DNA from: Auanema rhodensis
Lineage: Eukaryota; Animalia; Nematoda
NCBI GenBank assembly: GCA_964057225.1
Contig: OZ059899.1
Location: forward strand, 11,036,001-11,100,000
Length of the DNA: 64,000 nt
Direction: 5' to 3'
Both the position numbers and the translations under genes were made by a program. Shown here one piece after another: positions 38,401 through 49,182 of this stretch. Position 1 is the stretch's first letter. Each line of letters begins with the position of its first letter. The notes beneath the pieces were generated by a model that searched no databases, was not told the DNA's origin, and saw nothing but the letters and a program-made list of their open reading frames with translations.

Positions 38401-39017
38401 GAATTAAACACACTACTACGCTACCATATCATAAAAATGCTAATGGACAAGTTGAGAGACTTCATAGAACTTTGGAAGAAGCTCTCTCTTCATTCGTGAA
38501 TGAACAACAAACTAACTGGGATATACACCTACCCAAAGTTATGTTTGCGATCAATACGTTACCAAACTCATCAACATCTATTAGTCCATATGTTGTATTA
38601 TTTGGTCGGGATGCAAGACTTCCTATTGACCATCAATTGCCTGGGAATAATCTTCAAACTGAAGAACCAGCCAATCCTACAGAAGATTTTGTCAATAGAT
38701 CGCTAATACAAAATGAAAGCACATCTAATATAGTAAAAGATAGAATTGAAACATGCACAAAGAAGAATGAACAACGGTACAATACACGAAATAGAACACA
38801 AAATAAAGAAATTCAGGTTAATGACTTAGTTATGATAAAAGTGAATTCTACTCGAAACAAACTAACACCTTCATTCGAAGGGCCTTATTTAGTTACAGCA
38901 GTTCAAAGATCTTTCGTCGTGGTTCAAACAGATAAAGGAAAAAGCAGAAGAGTACACAAGGACTTCGTCAAACCTTACCAACGAACAACATCTATTCCGG
39001 TTATCACAATTTCTTGA
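33318..39017 (+). CDS. pol: Env(C-terminal)-Pol polyprotein: gB-like ectodomain, TM, aspartic protease, RT, RNase H, integrase
   Basis: LWDSGA (35538), RFVTDFRALN, FDLISGFFQIP, MPMGL, YLDD (36831), ESDGS/EALG/TDHRPL RNase H, H-H-C-C zinc finger, D-D-E (HVDILGP, TDNGS, GQVER), FEGPY. Confidence 0.97.
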   Translation: MKGFVQLVKVQLSGNHLSHQLSVTIKNLAPSPPLPQKHRSFSDDYLFVNAKSQPYAFPFLRPTFIFGSASITKFYAKYMRYAATSSYESLLQFAIDNPLFIDTIVSLGLTKDHITNWAKSNNFKDPNLLILQCMGIEEIKLATRQVINSMKLDDLITQVARRIEVPRLKRSLMKSTTSIEDFFRGMAHAVVYQATILDGTQTVPSIEQLARALYPSILARSGNMNQSEIIATAQGMLFMIQQQSGKEQISRDMQVSRQQKADATVRNNQEQDLAIISKLPDYHNLYTKNSTAYYGFPPQSIEYPQENPKFNKTEVLEFISWVKTQITTDKNMVQHTTVTPITATKTTIRSLTTPTPNAYERGRELYVAEVYDNVLHKSEHKTKTIIDNKLNYGFEKARLSIIDEFHQQFHTICKSQMETVKSWQAILRIHPTIGVRAMLQRDDIVARFVGRNVLKITTCQEIEPHFIYRNHSYNDKCYAETPVLTHDKQLFFAPIDSYDLSTEGHEINCEHKETEIWYENGTWRDYKGDTHKVDSIHSEKHDHYAELSKLRFTGRNLFENSTEKSLALSIGLTYGYSLSTSPHHDLLRVISRSRDWPQISSFILKGSKLIRDARKIVFSNWDLFIDFCIGSIERTLITIGCITLILCLMIALYFTIKCYLSPTSMLKINHIMLSPTAPPLEGDEIHETVSDELMRSYFPTIITYIPLAIPFVCHTTTKKNGHLLPFVHIDIEGRGLLALWDSGATVSYIPFSTLAYIGRQYFTKYSKSASTANGSEFRFVGKCKLDVGIAGYQVEHEFLISEDNDCPGQMLLGTDFMRTLEEREIFTTLKLCKGKLIVGNMETPLVKPGCFAYKTTTKTVNIISLSTVTVPPHSTSHISLQTGPELDFDQYALLKSSTGPISIPDAAIGPFPITMVVSNNSSKPIKINKNDHIGSGLIASKEIMNDYVPPEADWEDKLPTFPQHLLDDLNFNSCTLSHKMKKNLITIIKENQTAFFNHDHNIGLFCGPVEHAIPIRSDMDFPKSRSYRVPLGKQEEVERQVKEMLSQGIIENSTATFTSPVVLVKKKDNSFRFVTDFRALNSVTKKQTYSIPHIPDIIDLAAGAQFFSNFDLISGFFQIPLKRSDRYLTAFTTPSGTYQYCRMPMGLCGAPHTFQSAVRYLQSLVRCKLFVYLDDLLIISNSAEEHLRDIQEVLKKVTELGLKIKLSKCCFAATEVKFLGFVIGRNGVKPDPAKIEAVSEFPNPSTVTAVRSFLGMTNYFRRFIQNYAEIAEPLYKLTHKDTPFEWKSEHADAFKTLKTLLCTAPVLKPPKADQPFVIESDGSMIAVGAVLLQSAEKNSPLHPIAFASRKLTPAERKYPPIEVEALGLVFALQQFRTYVLGVPTTVITDHRPLTSLMSRKDLIGRLAKYQLMIQDFNIKIEYRPGKLNSVCDALSRYIGNEANDSRPTKPKDKVKPVDAFIAHITTISSIDQLNCEEIRKVQAGVPWIREALSQINNDNCPANISDRYEEREGILHAKQAKNYLKPSIILPRNDKITDVVIKFFHEDSKIGAHLGINKTTDAIRRRFFWTNMVPQITEFINRCTKCASRKSNPHQSYIQPMGRFVIPEKPFDRIHVDILGPLPRTNDGHRYILSIQDAFSKWGTTCPLITQTATEITKAFVIRFVFIYGPPMSMITDNGSSFLSSEFQAMCKQFGIKHTTTLPYHKNANGQVERLHRTLEEALSSFVNEQQTNWDIHLPKVMFAINTLPNSSTSISPYVVLFGRDARLPIDHQLPGNNLQTEEPANPTEDFVNRSLIQNESTSNIVKDRIETCTKKNEQRYNTRNRTQNKEIQVNDLVMIKVNSTRNKLTPSFEGPYLVTAVQRSFVVVQTDKGKSRRVHKDFVKPYQRTTSIPVITIS

Positions 39018-39623
39018 AGGTAGTTTTTTTTTTAACAAAATCAAATTGTTGAAATTTTTTTTATTATTTTATTTTGTGCCATTTCTGATTGTACCACTTC
39101 TTTGTTGTTGATTGATTTTCTCTGAGAAGTCTGCTATTGTTTTACAAAAGTTTGTTTTATTACTCCAACTCTCATTGAGTAGATTTTTTTTTCAACATTC
39201 TCTTGTGAATTTTGCTATTTTTTTATGCTTAATCATTACTTGTATTCACCTTATGGACATTAGTCATACGGGTTAAACGAGTTTTCATTTTTTTGTACAG
39301 AACGGGCTCGACCTATTCTCAGGGTAACACCGTACCTGTACAACTCGAGAAAATGAACGACTATATCACAGTCGAATGGTTTAGAAGCAAAGCTCTCGTT
39401 TGCAAGCATTTCACTACTCAAGTGAATGGAATAGAATCTATTCGATACTACATTTTGAATTCAACAAACTTGAAGAGACAATAGCTAAACTTTCAAATCG
39501 TATTGTATACATTATTTTTTATCGACTACACCATGATTTTTTTTGTTATCTTTTTCCAACATCCAACTATCTTAAAAAGTGAATTAATTTATTTTGTTTT
39601 TGAACGAGGACGTTCAACTTTTT

Positions 39624-39635
39624 AAGGTGGGGGGA
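39624..39635 (+). promoter_or_regulatory. Polypurine tract
   Basis: AAGGTGGGGGGA directly before the 3' LTR. Confidence 0.85.
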
Positions 39636-40016
39636 TGTCACATCTGCAAGCACATGGTAAACATGTGCGCGCTATTCAAATAGCGGGAGCCTGAACAAGC
39701 CCCGCCTACAACATGGGACACACATGGCACTCTTGCTTCTGGCCTAACCCAGATAGGTTGTCTTATAGTCATGTGAGTCTCATCTCTATATCATCTATAT
39801 ATATACTCTATTTAATACTTTATTAGATCTCTTTATAATCTTTCTTAATGTAATTCTTATATTGTATTTTCTTGTTATCTGATAATGAATCCTTTTCTCT
39901 TTAAGTATTTGTCTTAATAAGGAAATCGGGGCGTTCGGGTCTGCCTACCTAAGGAACAAGGTAGAAGTACATATATCTTCCGACTATGAAAAGACGGGAA
40001 GAAACCATATGTAACG
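39636..40016 (+). repeat. 3' LTR (381 bp)
   Basis: TGTCACAT...ATGTAACG followed by TSD CCAC. Confidence 0.95.
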
Positions 40017-40046
40017 CCACGCTCTAACCGACTGAGCTATGGCGGC
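40017..40046 (-). pseudogene. 5' part of the split tRNA-Ile gene
   Basis: tRNA sequence resumes after the 3' LTR. Confidence 0.9.
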
Positions 40047-40639
40047 TACGAAAGTACGAAATAACAAAGCGCTGATTATAGGAAACGTGAATGAATGCAG
40101 ATATTCTCAATTCCGATTCATTAACTAGATCGTGGTCAGCATTTTACAACATTGATAAAATAGAAACTGAGAAAAATACATCAACAAATGACACTATTAA
40201 CTTGGTTTTTTGAACAGCTTTTTTATATTTCTTTTTTCACTATGAGAGAACTTATATTTATTGCTTTTTCAAAATTTTCCATTTTTAACATTATACATCT
40301 TGACTATCACACATTGAGAACAACAGTTGGCAATGTTGGTTGTCACGTCATATTTCATGCAGTTAGATTTTCAGACACATTAATACCTTTGACCATTCTT
40401 CTTATGAGTTTTGTAACGATAGATCGTAATAGGAAATGAATTGCTATAATATGAAAAAATACAAGACATAGTCAACATTGATTTCCCCAAATAGTATCAT
40501 GTTTGCTTGTTATTCAACTAGAACACTTTTTTTTTGATTGTTTTCTTCAAATATTCTTTTTTTTTCTTTAACAAAGTTATGACTGAGATCAAAATTTGAA
40601 CTTACTTTTGAACAATTAAACAGAAATTTAAAAAATATT

Positions 40640-40713
40640 TGCGGCCAGCAGGGGTCGAACCTGCGACCTTGGGCTTATTAGACCCACGCTCTAACCGACT
40701 GAGCTATGGCGGC
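40640..40713 (-). tRNA. tRNA-Ile(AAT), G70C variant
   Basis: C3-C70 mismatch. Confidence 0.9.
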
Positions 40714-41306
40714 TACGAAAGTACGAAATAACAAAGCGCTGATTATAGGAAACGTGGATGAATGCAGATATTCTCAATTCCGATTCATTAACTAGATCGT
40801 GGTCAGCATTTTACAACATTGATAAAATAGAAACTGAGAAAAAAACATCAACAAATGACACTATTAACTTGGTTTTTTGAACAGCTTTTTTATATTTCTT
40901 TTTTCACTATGAGAGAACTTATATTTATTGCTTTTTCAAAATTTTCCATTTTTAACATAATACATCTTGACTATCACACATTGAGAACAACAGTTGGCAA
41001 TGTTGGTTGTCACGTCATATTTCATGCAGTTAGATTTTCAGACACATTAATACCTTTGACCATTCTTCTTATGAGTTTTGTAACGATAGATCGTAATAGG
41101 AAATGAATTGGTATAATATGAAAAAATACAAGACATAGTCAACATTGATTTCCCCAAATAGTATCATGTTTGCTTGTTATTCAATTAGAACACTTATTTT
41201 TTGATTGTTTTCTTGAAATATTCTTTTTTTTTCTCTAACAAAGTTATGACTGAGATCAAAATTTGAACTTACTTTTGAACAATTAAACAGAAATTTAAAA
41301 AATATT

Positions 41307-41380
41307 TGCCGCCAGCAGGGGTCGAACCTGCGACCTTGGGCTTATTAGACCCACGCTCTAACCGACTGAGCTATGGCGGC
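41307..41380 (-). tRNA. tRNA-Ile(AAT)
   Basis: Same as 642-715. Confidence 0.95.
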
Positions 41381-41973
41381 TACGAAAGTACGAAATAACA
41401 AAGCGTTGATTATAGGAAACGTGAATGAATGCAGATATTCTCAATTCCGATTCATTAACTAGATCGCGGTCAGCATTTTACAACATTGATAAAATAGAAA
41501 CTGAGAAAAAAACATCAACAAATGACACTATTAACTTGGTTTTTTGAACAGCTTTTTTATATTTCTTTTTTCACTATGAGAGAACTTATATTTATTGCTT
41601 TTTCAAAATTTTCCATTTTTAACATAATACATCTTGACTATCACACATTGAGAACAACAGTTGGCAATGTTGGTTGTCACGTCATATTTCATGCAGTTAG
41701 ATTTTCAGACACATTAATACCTTTGACCATTCTTCTTATGAGTTTTGTAACGATAGATCGTAATAGGAAATGAATTGGTATAATATGAAAAAATACAAGA
41801 CATAGTCAACATTGATTTCCCCAAATAGTATCATGTTTGCTTGTTATTCAATTAGAACACTTATTTTTTGATTGTTTTCTTGAAATATTCTTTTTTTTTC
41901 TTTAACAAAGTTATGACTGAGATCAAAATTTGAACTTACTTTTGAACAATTAAACAGAAATTTAAAAAATATT

Positions 41974-42047
41974 TGCCGCCAGCAGGGGTCGAACCTGCGA
42001 CCTTGGGCTTATTAGACCCACGCTCTAACCGACTGAGCTATGGCGGC
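41974..42047 (-). tRNA. tRNA-Ile(AAT)
   Basis: Same as 642-715. Confidence 0.95.
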
Positions 42048-42640
42048 TACGAAAGTACGAAATAACAAAGCGCTGATTATAGGAAACGTGAATGAATGCA
42101 GATATTCTCAATTCCGATTCATTAACTAGATCGTGGTCAGCATTTTACAACATTGATAAAATAGAAACTGAGAAAAATACATCAACAAATGACACTATTA
42201 ACTTGGTTTTTTGAACAGCTTTTTTATATTTCTTTTTTCACTATGAGAGAACTTATATTTATTGCTTTTTCAAAATTTTCCATTTTTAACATTATACATC
42301 TTGACTATCACACATTGAGAACAACAGTTGGCAATGTTGGTTGTCACGTCATATTTCATGCAGTTAGATTTTCAGACACATTAATACCTTTGACCATTCT
42401 TCTTATGAGTTTTGTAACGATAGATCGTAATAGGAAATGAATTGCTATAATATGAAAAAATACAAGACATAGTCAACATTGATTTCCCCAAATAGTATCA
42501 TGTTTGCTTGTTTTTCAATTAGAACACTTATTTTTTGATTGTTTTCTTCAAATATTCTTTTTTTTTCTTTAACAAAGTTATGACTGAGATCAAAATTTGA
42601 ACTTACTTTTGAACAATTAAACAGAAATTTAAAAAATATT

Positions 42641-42714
42641 TGCCGCCAGCAGGGGTCGAACCTGCGACCTTGGGCTTATTAGACCCACGCTCTAACCGAC
42701 TGAGCTATGGCGGC
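42641..42714 (-). tRNA. tRNA-Ile(AAT)
   Basis: Same as 642-715. Confidence 0.95.
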
Positions 42715-43307
42715 TACGAAAGTACGAAATAACAAAGCGCTGATTATAGGAAACGTGAATGAATGCAGATATTCTCAATTCCGATTCATTAACTAGATCG
42801 TGGTCAGCATTTTACAACATTGATAAAATAGAAACTGAGAAAAAAACATCAACAAATGACACTATTAACTTGGTTTTTTGAACAGCTTTTTTATATTTCT
42901 TTTTTCACTATGAGAGAACTTATATTTATTGCTTTTTCAAAAGTTTCCATTTTTAACATTATACATCTTGACTATCACACATTGAGAACAACAGTTGGCA
43001 ATGTTGGTTGTCACGTCATATTTCATGCAGTTAGATTTTCAGACACATTAATACCTTTGACCATTCTTCTTATGAGTTTTGTAACGATAGATCGTAATAG
43101 GAAATGAATTGCTATAATATGAAAAAATACAAGACATAGTCAACATTGATTTCCCCAAATAGTATCATGTTTGCTTGTTATTCAATTAGAACACTTATTT
43201 TTTGATTGTTTTCTTGAAATATTCTTTTTTTTTCTTTAACAAAGTTATGACTGAGATCAAAATTTGAACTTACTTTTGAACAATTAAACAGAAATTTAAA
43301 AAATATT

Positions 43308-43381
43308 TGCCGCCAGCAGGGGTCGAACCTGCGACCTTGGGCTTATTAGACCCACGCTCTAACCGACTGAGCTATGGCGGC
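43308..43381 (-). tRNA. tRNA-Ile(AAT)
   Basis: Same as 642-715. Confidence 0.95.
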
Positions 43382-43718
43382 TACGAAAGTACGAAATAAC
43401 AAAGCGCTGATTATAGGAAACGTGAATGAATGCAGATATTCTCAATTCCGATTCATTAACTAGATCGTGGTCAGCATTTTACAACATTGATAAAATAGAA
43501 ACTGAGAAAAAAACATCAACAAATGACACTATTAACTTGGTTTTTTGAACAGCTTTTTTATATTTCTTTTTTCACTATGAGAGAACTTATATTTATTGCT
43601 TTTTCAAAATTTTCCATTTTTAACATTATACATCTTGACTATCACACATTGAGAACAACAGTTGGCAATGTTGGTTGTCACGTCATATTTCATGAAAAAC
43701 AGAAATTTAAAAAATATT

Positions 43719-43792
43719 TGCCGCCAGCAGGGGTCGAACCTGCGACCTTGGGCTTATTAGACCCACGCTCTAACCGACTGAGCTATGGCGGC
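43719..43792 (-). tRNA. tRNA-Ile(AAT)
   Basis: Same as 642-715. Confidence 0.95.
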
Positions 43793-44129
43793 TACGAAAG
43801 TACGAAATAACATAGCGCTGATTATAGGAAACGTGAATGAATGCAGATATTCTCAATTCCGATTCATTAACTAGATCGCGGTCAGCATTTTACAACATTG
43901 ATAAAATAGAAACTGAGAAAAAAACATCAACAAATGACACTATTAACTTGGTTTTTTGAACAGCTTTTTTATATTTCTTTTTTCACTATGAGAGAACTTA
44001 TATTTATTGCTTTTTCAAAATTTTCCATTTTTAACATTATACATCTTGACTATCACACATTGAGAACAACAGTTGGCAATGTTGGTTGTCACGTCATATT
44101 TCATGAAAAACAGAAATTTAAAAAATATT

Positions 44130-44203
44130 TGCCGCCAGCAGGGGTCGAACCTGCGACCTTGGGCTTATTAGACCCACGCTCTAACCGACTGAGCTATGGC
44201 GGC
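44130..44203 (-). tRNA. tRNA-Ile(AAT)
   Basis: Same as 642-715. Confidence 0.95.
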
Positions 44204-44796
44204 TACGAAAGTACGAAATAACAAAGCGTTGATTATAGGAAACGTGAATGAATGCAGATATTCTCAATTCCGATTCATTAACTAGATCGCGGTCAGCATT
44301 TTACAACATTGATAAAATAGAAACTGAGAAAAAAACATCAACAAATGACACTATTAACTTGGTTTTTTGAACAGCTTTTTTATATTTCTTTTTTCACTAT
44401 GAGAGAACTTATATTTATTGCTTTTTCAAAATTTTCCATTTTTAACATAATACATCTTGACTATCACACATTGAGAACAACAGTTGGCAATGTTGGTTGT
44501 CACGTCATATTTCATGCAGTTAGATTTTCAGACACATTAATACCTTTGACCATTCTTCTTATGAGTTTTGTAACGATAGATCGTAATAGGAAATGAATTG
44601 GTATAATATGAAAAAATACAAGACATAGTCAACATTGATTTCCCCAAATAGTATCATGTTTGCTTGTTATTCAATTAGAACACTTATTTTTTGATTGTTT
44701 TCTTGAAATATTCTTTTTTTTTCTTTAACAAAGTTATGACTGAGATCAAAATTTGAACTTACTTTTGAACAATTAAACAGAAATTTAAAAAATATT

Positions 44797-44870
44797 TGCC
44801 GCCAGCAGGGGTCGAACCTGCGACCTTGGGCTTATTAGACCCACGCTCTAACCGACTGAGCTATGGCGGC
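44797..44870 (-). tRNA. tRNA-Ile(AAT)
   Basis: Same as 642-715. Confidence 0.95.
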
Positions 44871-45463
44871 TACGAAAGTACGAAATAACAAAGCGCTGAT
44901 TATAGGAAACGTGAATGAATGCAGATATTCTCAATTCCGATTCATTAACTAGATCGTGGTCAGCATTTTACAACATTGATAAAATAGAAACTGAGAAAAA
45001 TACATCAACAAATGACACTATTAACTTGGTTTTTTGAACAGCTTTTTTATATTTCTTTTTTCACTATGAGAGAACTTATATTTATTGCTTTTTCAAAATT
45101 TTCCATTTTTAACATTATACATCTTGACTATCACACATTGAGAACAACAGTTGGCAATGTTGGTTGTCACGTCATATTTCATGCAGTTAGATTTTCAGAC
45201 ACATTAATACCTTTGACCATTCTTCTTATGAGTTTTGTAACGATAGATCGTAATAGGAAATGAATTGCTATAATATGAAAAAATACAAGACATTGTCAAC
45301 ATTGATTTCCCCAAATAGTATCATGTTTGCTTGTTATTCAACTAGAACACTTTTTTTTTGATTGTTTTCTTCAAATATTCTTTTTTTTTCTTTAACAAAG
45401 TTATGACTGAGATCAAAATTTGAACTTACTTTTGAACAATTAAACAGAAATTTAAAAAATATT

Positions 45464-45537
45464 TGCCGCCAGCAGGGGTCGAACCTGCGACCTTGGGCTT
45501 ATTAGACCCACGCTCTAACCGACTGAGCTATGGCGGC
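45464..45537 (-). tRNA. tRNA-Ile(AAT)
   Basis: Same as 642-715. Confidence 0.95.
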
Positions 45538-46130
45538 TACGAAAGTACGAAATAACAAAGCGCTGATTATAGGAAACGTGAATGAATGCAGATATTCTCA
45601 ATTCCGATTCATTAACTAGATCGTGGTCAGCATTTTACAACATTGATAAAATAGAAACTGAGAAAAAAACATCAACAAATGACACTATTAACTTGGTTTT
45701 TTGAACAGCTTTTTTATATTTCTTTTTTCACTATGAGAGAACTTATATTTATTGCTTTTTCAAAAGTTTCCATTTTTAACATTATACATCTTGACTATCA
45801 CACATTGAGAACAACAGTTGGCAATGTTGGTTGTCACGTCATATTTCATGCAGTTAGATTTTCAGACACATTAATACCTTTGACCATTCTTCTTATGAGT
45901 TTTGTAACGATAGATCGTAATAGGAAATGAATTGCTATAATATGAAAAAATACAAGACATAGTCAACATTGATTTCCCCAAATAGTATCATGTTTGCTTG
46001 TTATTCAATTAGAACACTTATTTTTTGATTGTTTTCTTGAAATATTCTTTTTTTTTCTTTAACAAAGTTATGTCTGAGATCAAAATTTGAACTTACTTTT
46101 GAACAATTAAACAGAAATTTAAAAAATATT

Positions 46131-46204
46131 TGCCGCCAGCAGGGGTCGAACCTGCGACCTTGGGCTTATTAGACCCACGCTCTAACCGACTGAGCTATGG
46201 CGGC
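46131..46204 (-). tRNA. tRNA-Ile(AAT)
   Basis: Same as 642-715. Confidence 0.95.
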
Positions 46205-46541
46205 TACGAAAGTACGAAATAACAAAGCGCTGATTATAGGAAACGTGAATGAATGCAGATATTCTCAATTCCGATTCATTAACTAGATCGTGGTCAGCAT
46301 TTTACAACATTGATAAAATAGAAACTGAGAAAAAAACATCAACAAATGACACTATTAACTTGGTTTTTTGAACAGCTTTTTTATATTTCTTTTTTCACTA
46401 TGAGAGAACTTATATTTATTGCTTTTTCAAAATTTTCCATTTTTAACATTATACATCTTGACTATCACACATTGAGAACAACAGTTGGCAATGTTGGTTG
46501 TCACGTCATATTTCATGAAAAACAGAAATTTAAAAAATATT

Positions 46542-46615
46542 TGCCGCCAGCAGGGGTCGAACCTGCGACCTTGGGCTTATTAGACCCACGCTCTAACCGA
46601 CTGAGCTATGGCGGC
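46542..46615 (-). tRNA. tRNA-Ile(AAT)
   Basis: Same as 642-715. Confidence 0.95.
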
Positions 46616-46952
46616 TACGAAAGTACGAAATAACAAAGCGCTGATTATAGGAAACGTGAATGAATGCAGATATTCTCAATTCCGATTCATTAACTAGATC
46701 GCGGTCAGCATTTTACAACATTGATAAAATAGAAACTGAGAAAAAAACATCAACAAATGACACTATTAACTTGGTTTTTTGAACAGCTTTTTTATATTTC
46801 TTTTTTCACTATGAGAGAACTTATATTTATTGCTTTTTCAAAATTTTCCATTTTTAACATTATACATCTTGACTATCACACATTGAGAACAACAGTTGGC
46901 AATGTTGGTTGTCACGTCATATTTCATGAAAAACAGAAATTTAAAAAATATT

Positions 46953-47026
46953 TGCCGCCAGCAGGGGTCGAACCTGCGACCTTGGGCTTATTAGACCCAC
47001 GCTCTAACCGACTGAGCTATGGCGGC
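46953..47026 (-). tRNA. tRNA-Ile(AAT)
   Basis: Same as 642-715. Confidence 0.95.
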
Positions 47027-47619
47027 TACGAAAGTACGAAATAACAAAGCGTTGATTATAGGAAACGTGAATGAATGCAGATATTCTCAATTCCGATTCA
47101 TTAACTAGATCGCGGTCAGCATTTTACAACATTGATAAAATAGAAACTGAGAAAAAAACATCAACAAATGACACTATTAACTTGGTTTTTTGAACAGCTT
47201 TTTTATATTTCTTTTTTCACTATGAGAGAACTTATATTTATTGCTTTTTCAAAATTTTCCATTTTTAACATAATACATCTTGACTATCACACATTGAGAA
47301 CAACAATTGGCAATGTTGGTTGTCACTTCATATTTCATGCAGTTAGATTTTCAGACACATTAATACCTTTGACCATTCTTCTTATGAGTTTTGTAACGAT
47401 AGATCGTAATAGGAAATGAATTGGTATAATATGAAAAAATACAAGACATAGTCAACATTGATTTCCCCAAATAGTATCATGTTTGCTTGTTATTCAATTA
47501 GAACACTTATTTTTTGATTGTTTTCTTGAAATATTCTTTTTTTTTCTTTAACAAAGTTATGACTGAGATCAAAATTTGAACTTACTTTTGAACAATTAAA
47601 CAGAAATTTAAAAAATATT

Positions 47620-47693
47620 TGCCGCCAGCAGGGGTCGAACCTGCGACCTTGGGCTTATTAGACCCACGCTCTAACCGACTGAGCTATGGCGGC
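47620..47693 (-). tRNA. tRNA-Ile(AAT)
   Basis: Same as 642-715. Confidence 0.95.
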
Positions 47694-48030
47694 TACGAAA
47701 GTACGAAATAACAAAGCGCTGATTATAGGAAACGTGAATGAATGCAGATATTCTCAATTCCGATTCATTAACTAGATCGTGGTCAGCATTTTACAACATT
47801 GATAAAATAGAAACTGAGAAAAAAACATCAACAAATGACACTATTAACTTGGTTTTTTGAACAGCTTTTTTATATTTCTTTTTTCACTATGAGAGAACTT
47901 ATATTTATTGCTTTTTCAAAATTTTCCATTTTTAACATTATACATCTTGACTATCACACATTGAGAACAACAGTTGGCAATGTTGGTTGTCACGTCATAT
48001 TTCATGAAAAACAGAAATTTAAAAAATATT

Positions 48031-48104
48031 TGCCGCCAGCAGGGGTCGAACCTGCGACCTTGGGCTTATTAGACCCACGCTCTAACCGACTGAGCTATGG
48101 CGGC
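48031..48104 (-). tRNA. tRNA-Ile(AAT)
   Basis: Same as 642-715. Confidence 0.95.
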
Positions 48105-48441
48105 TACGAAAGTACGAAATAACAAAGCGCTGATTATAGGAAACGTGAATGAATGCAGATATTCTCAATTCCGATTCATTAACTAGATCGCGGTCAGCAT
48201 TTTACAACATTGATAAAATAGAAACTGAGAAAAAAACATCAACAAATGACACTATTAACTTGGTTTTTTGAACAGCTTTTTTATATTTCTTTTTTCACTA
48301 TGAGAGAACTTATATTTATTGCTTTTTCAAAATTTTCCATTTTTAACATTATACATCTTGACTATCACACATTGAGAACAACAGTTGGCAATGTTGGTTG
48401 TCACGTCATATTTCATGAAAAACAGAAATTTAAAAAATATT

Positions 48442-48515
48442 TGCCGCCAGCAGGGGTCGAACCTGCGACCTTGGGCTTATTAGACCCACGCTCTAACCGA
48501 CTGAGCTATGGCGGC
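48442..48515 (-). tRNA. tRNA-Ile(AAT)
   Basis: Same as 642-715. Confidence 0.95.
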
Positions 48516-49108
48516 TACGAAGGTACGAAATAACAAAGCGTTGATTATAGGAAACGTGAATGAATGCAGATATTCTCAATTCCGATTCATTAACTAGATC
48601 GCGGTCAGCATTTTACAACATTGATAAAATAGAAACTGAGAAAAAAACATCAACAAATGACACTATTAACTTGGTTTTTTGAACAGCTTTTTTATATTTC
48701 TTTTTTCACTATGAGAGAACTTATATTTATTGCTTTTTCAAAATTTTCCATTTTTAACATAATACATCTTGACTATCACACATTGAGAACAACAATTGGC
48801 AATGTTGGTTGTCACGTCATATTTCATGCAGTTAGATTTTCAGACACATTAATACCTTTGACCATTCTTCTTATGAGTTTTGTAACGATAGATCGTAATA
48901 GGAAATGAATTGGTATAATATGAAAAAATACAAGACATAGTCAACATTGATTTCCCCAAATAGTATCATGTTTGCTTGTTATTCAATTAGAACACTTATT
49001 TTTTGATTGTTTTCTTGAAATATTCTTTTTTTTTCTTCAACAAAGTTATGACTGAGATCAAAATTTGAACTTACTTTTGAACAATTAAACAGAAATTTAA
49101 AAAATATT

Positions 49109-49182
49109 TGCCGCCAGCAGGGGTCGAACCTGCGACCTTGGGCTTATTAGACCCACGCTCTAACCGACTGAGCTATGGCGGC
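49109..49182 (-). tRNA. tRNA-Ile(AAT)
   Basis: Same as 642-715. Confidence 0.95.

Larger units (their letters stand above)
30096..40016 (+). mobile_element. Full-length Ty3/gypsy (Metaviridae) LTR retroelement with gag-env-pol order
   Basis: 381-bp LTRs, tRNA-Gln PBS, PPT, 4-bp TSD CCAC (30092-30095/40017-40020), PR-RT-RH-IN order with GPY/F motif. Confidence 0.97.

Noticed and set aside
39293-39582. Small ORFs in the 3' UTR (also 17162-17353) as a 3' env or accessory gene
   Set aside because: Short, TTG-started, no signal/TM/domain pattern; similarity between copies just reflects recent common origin
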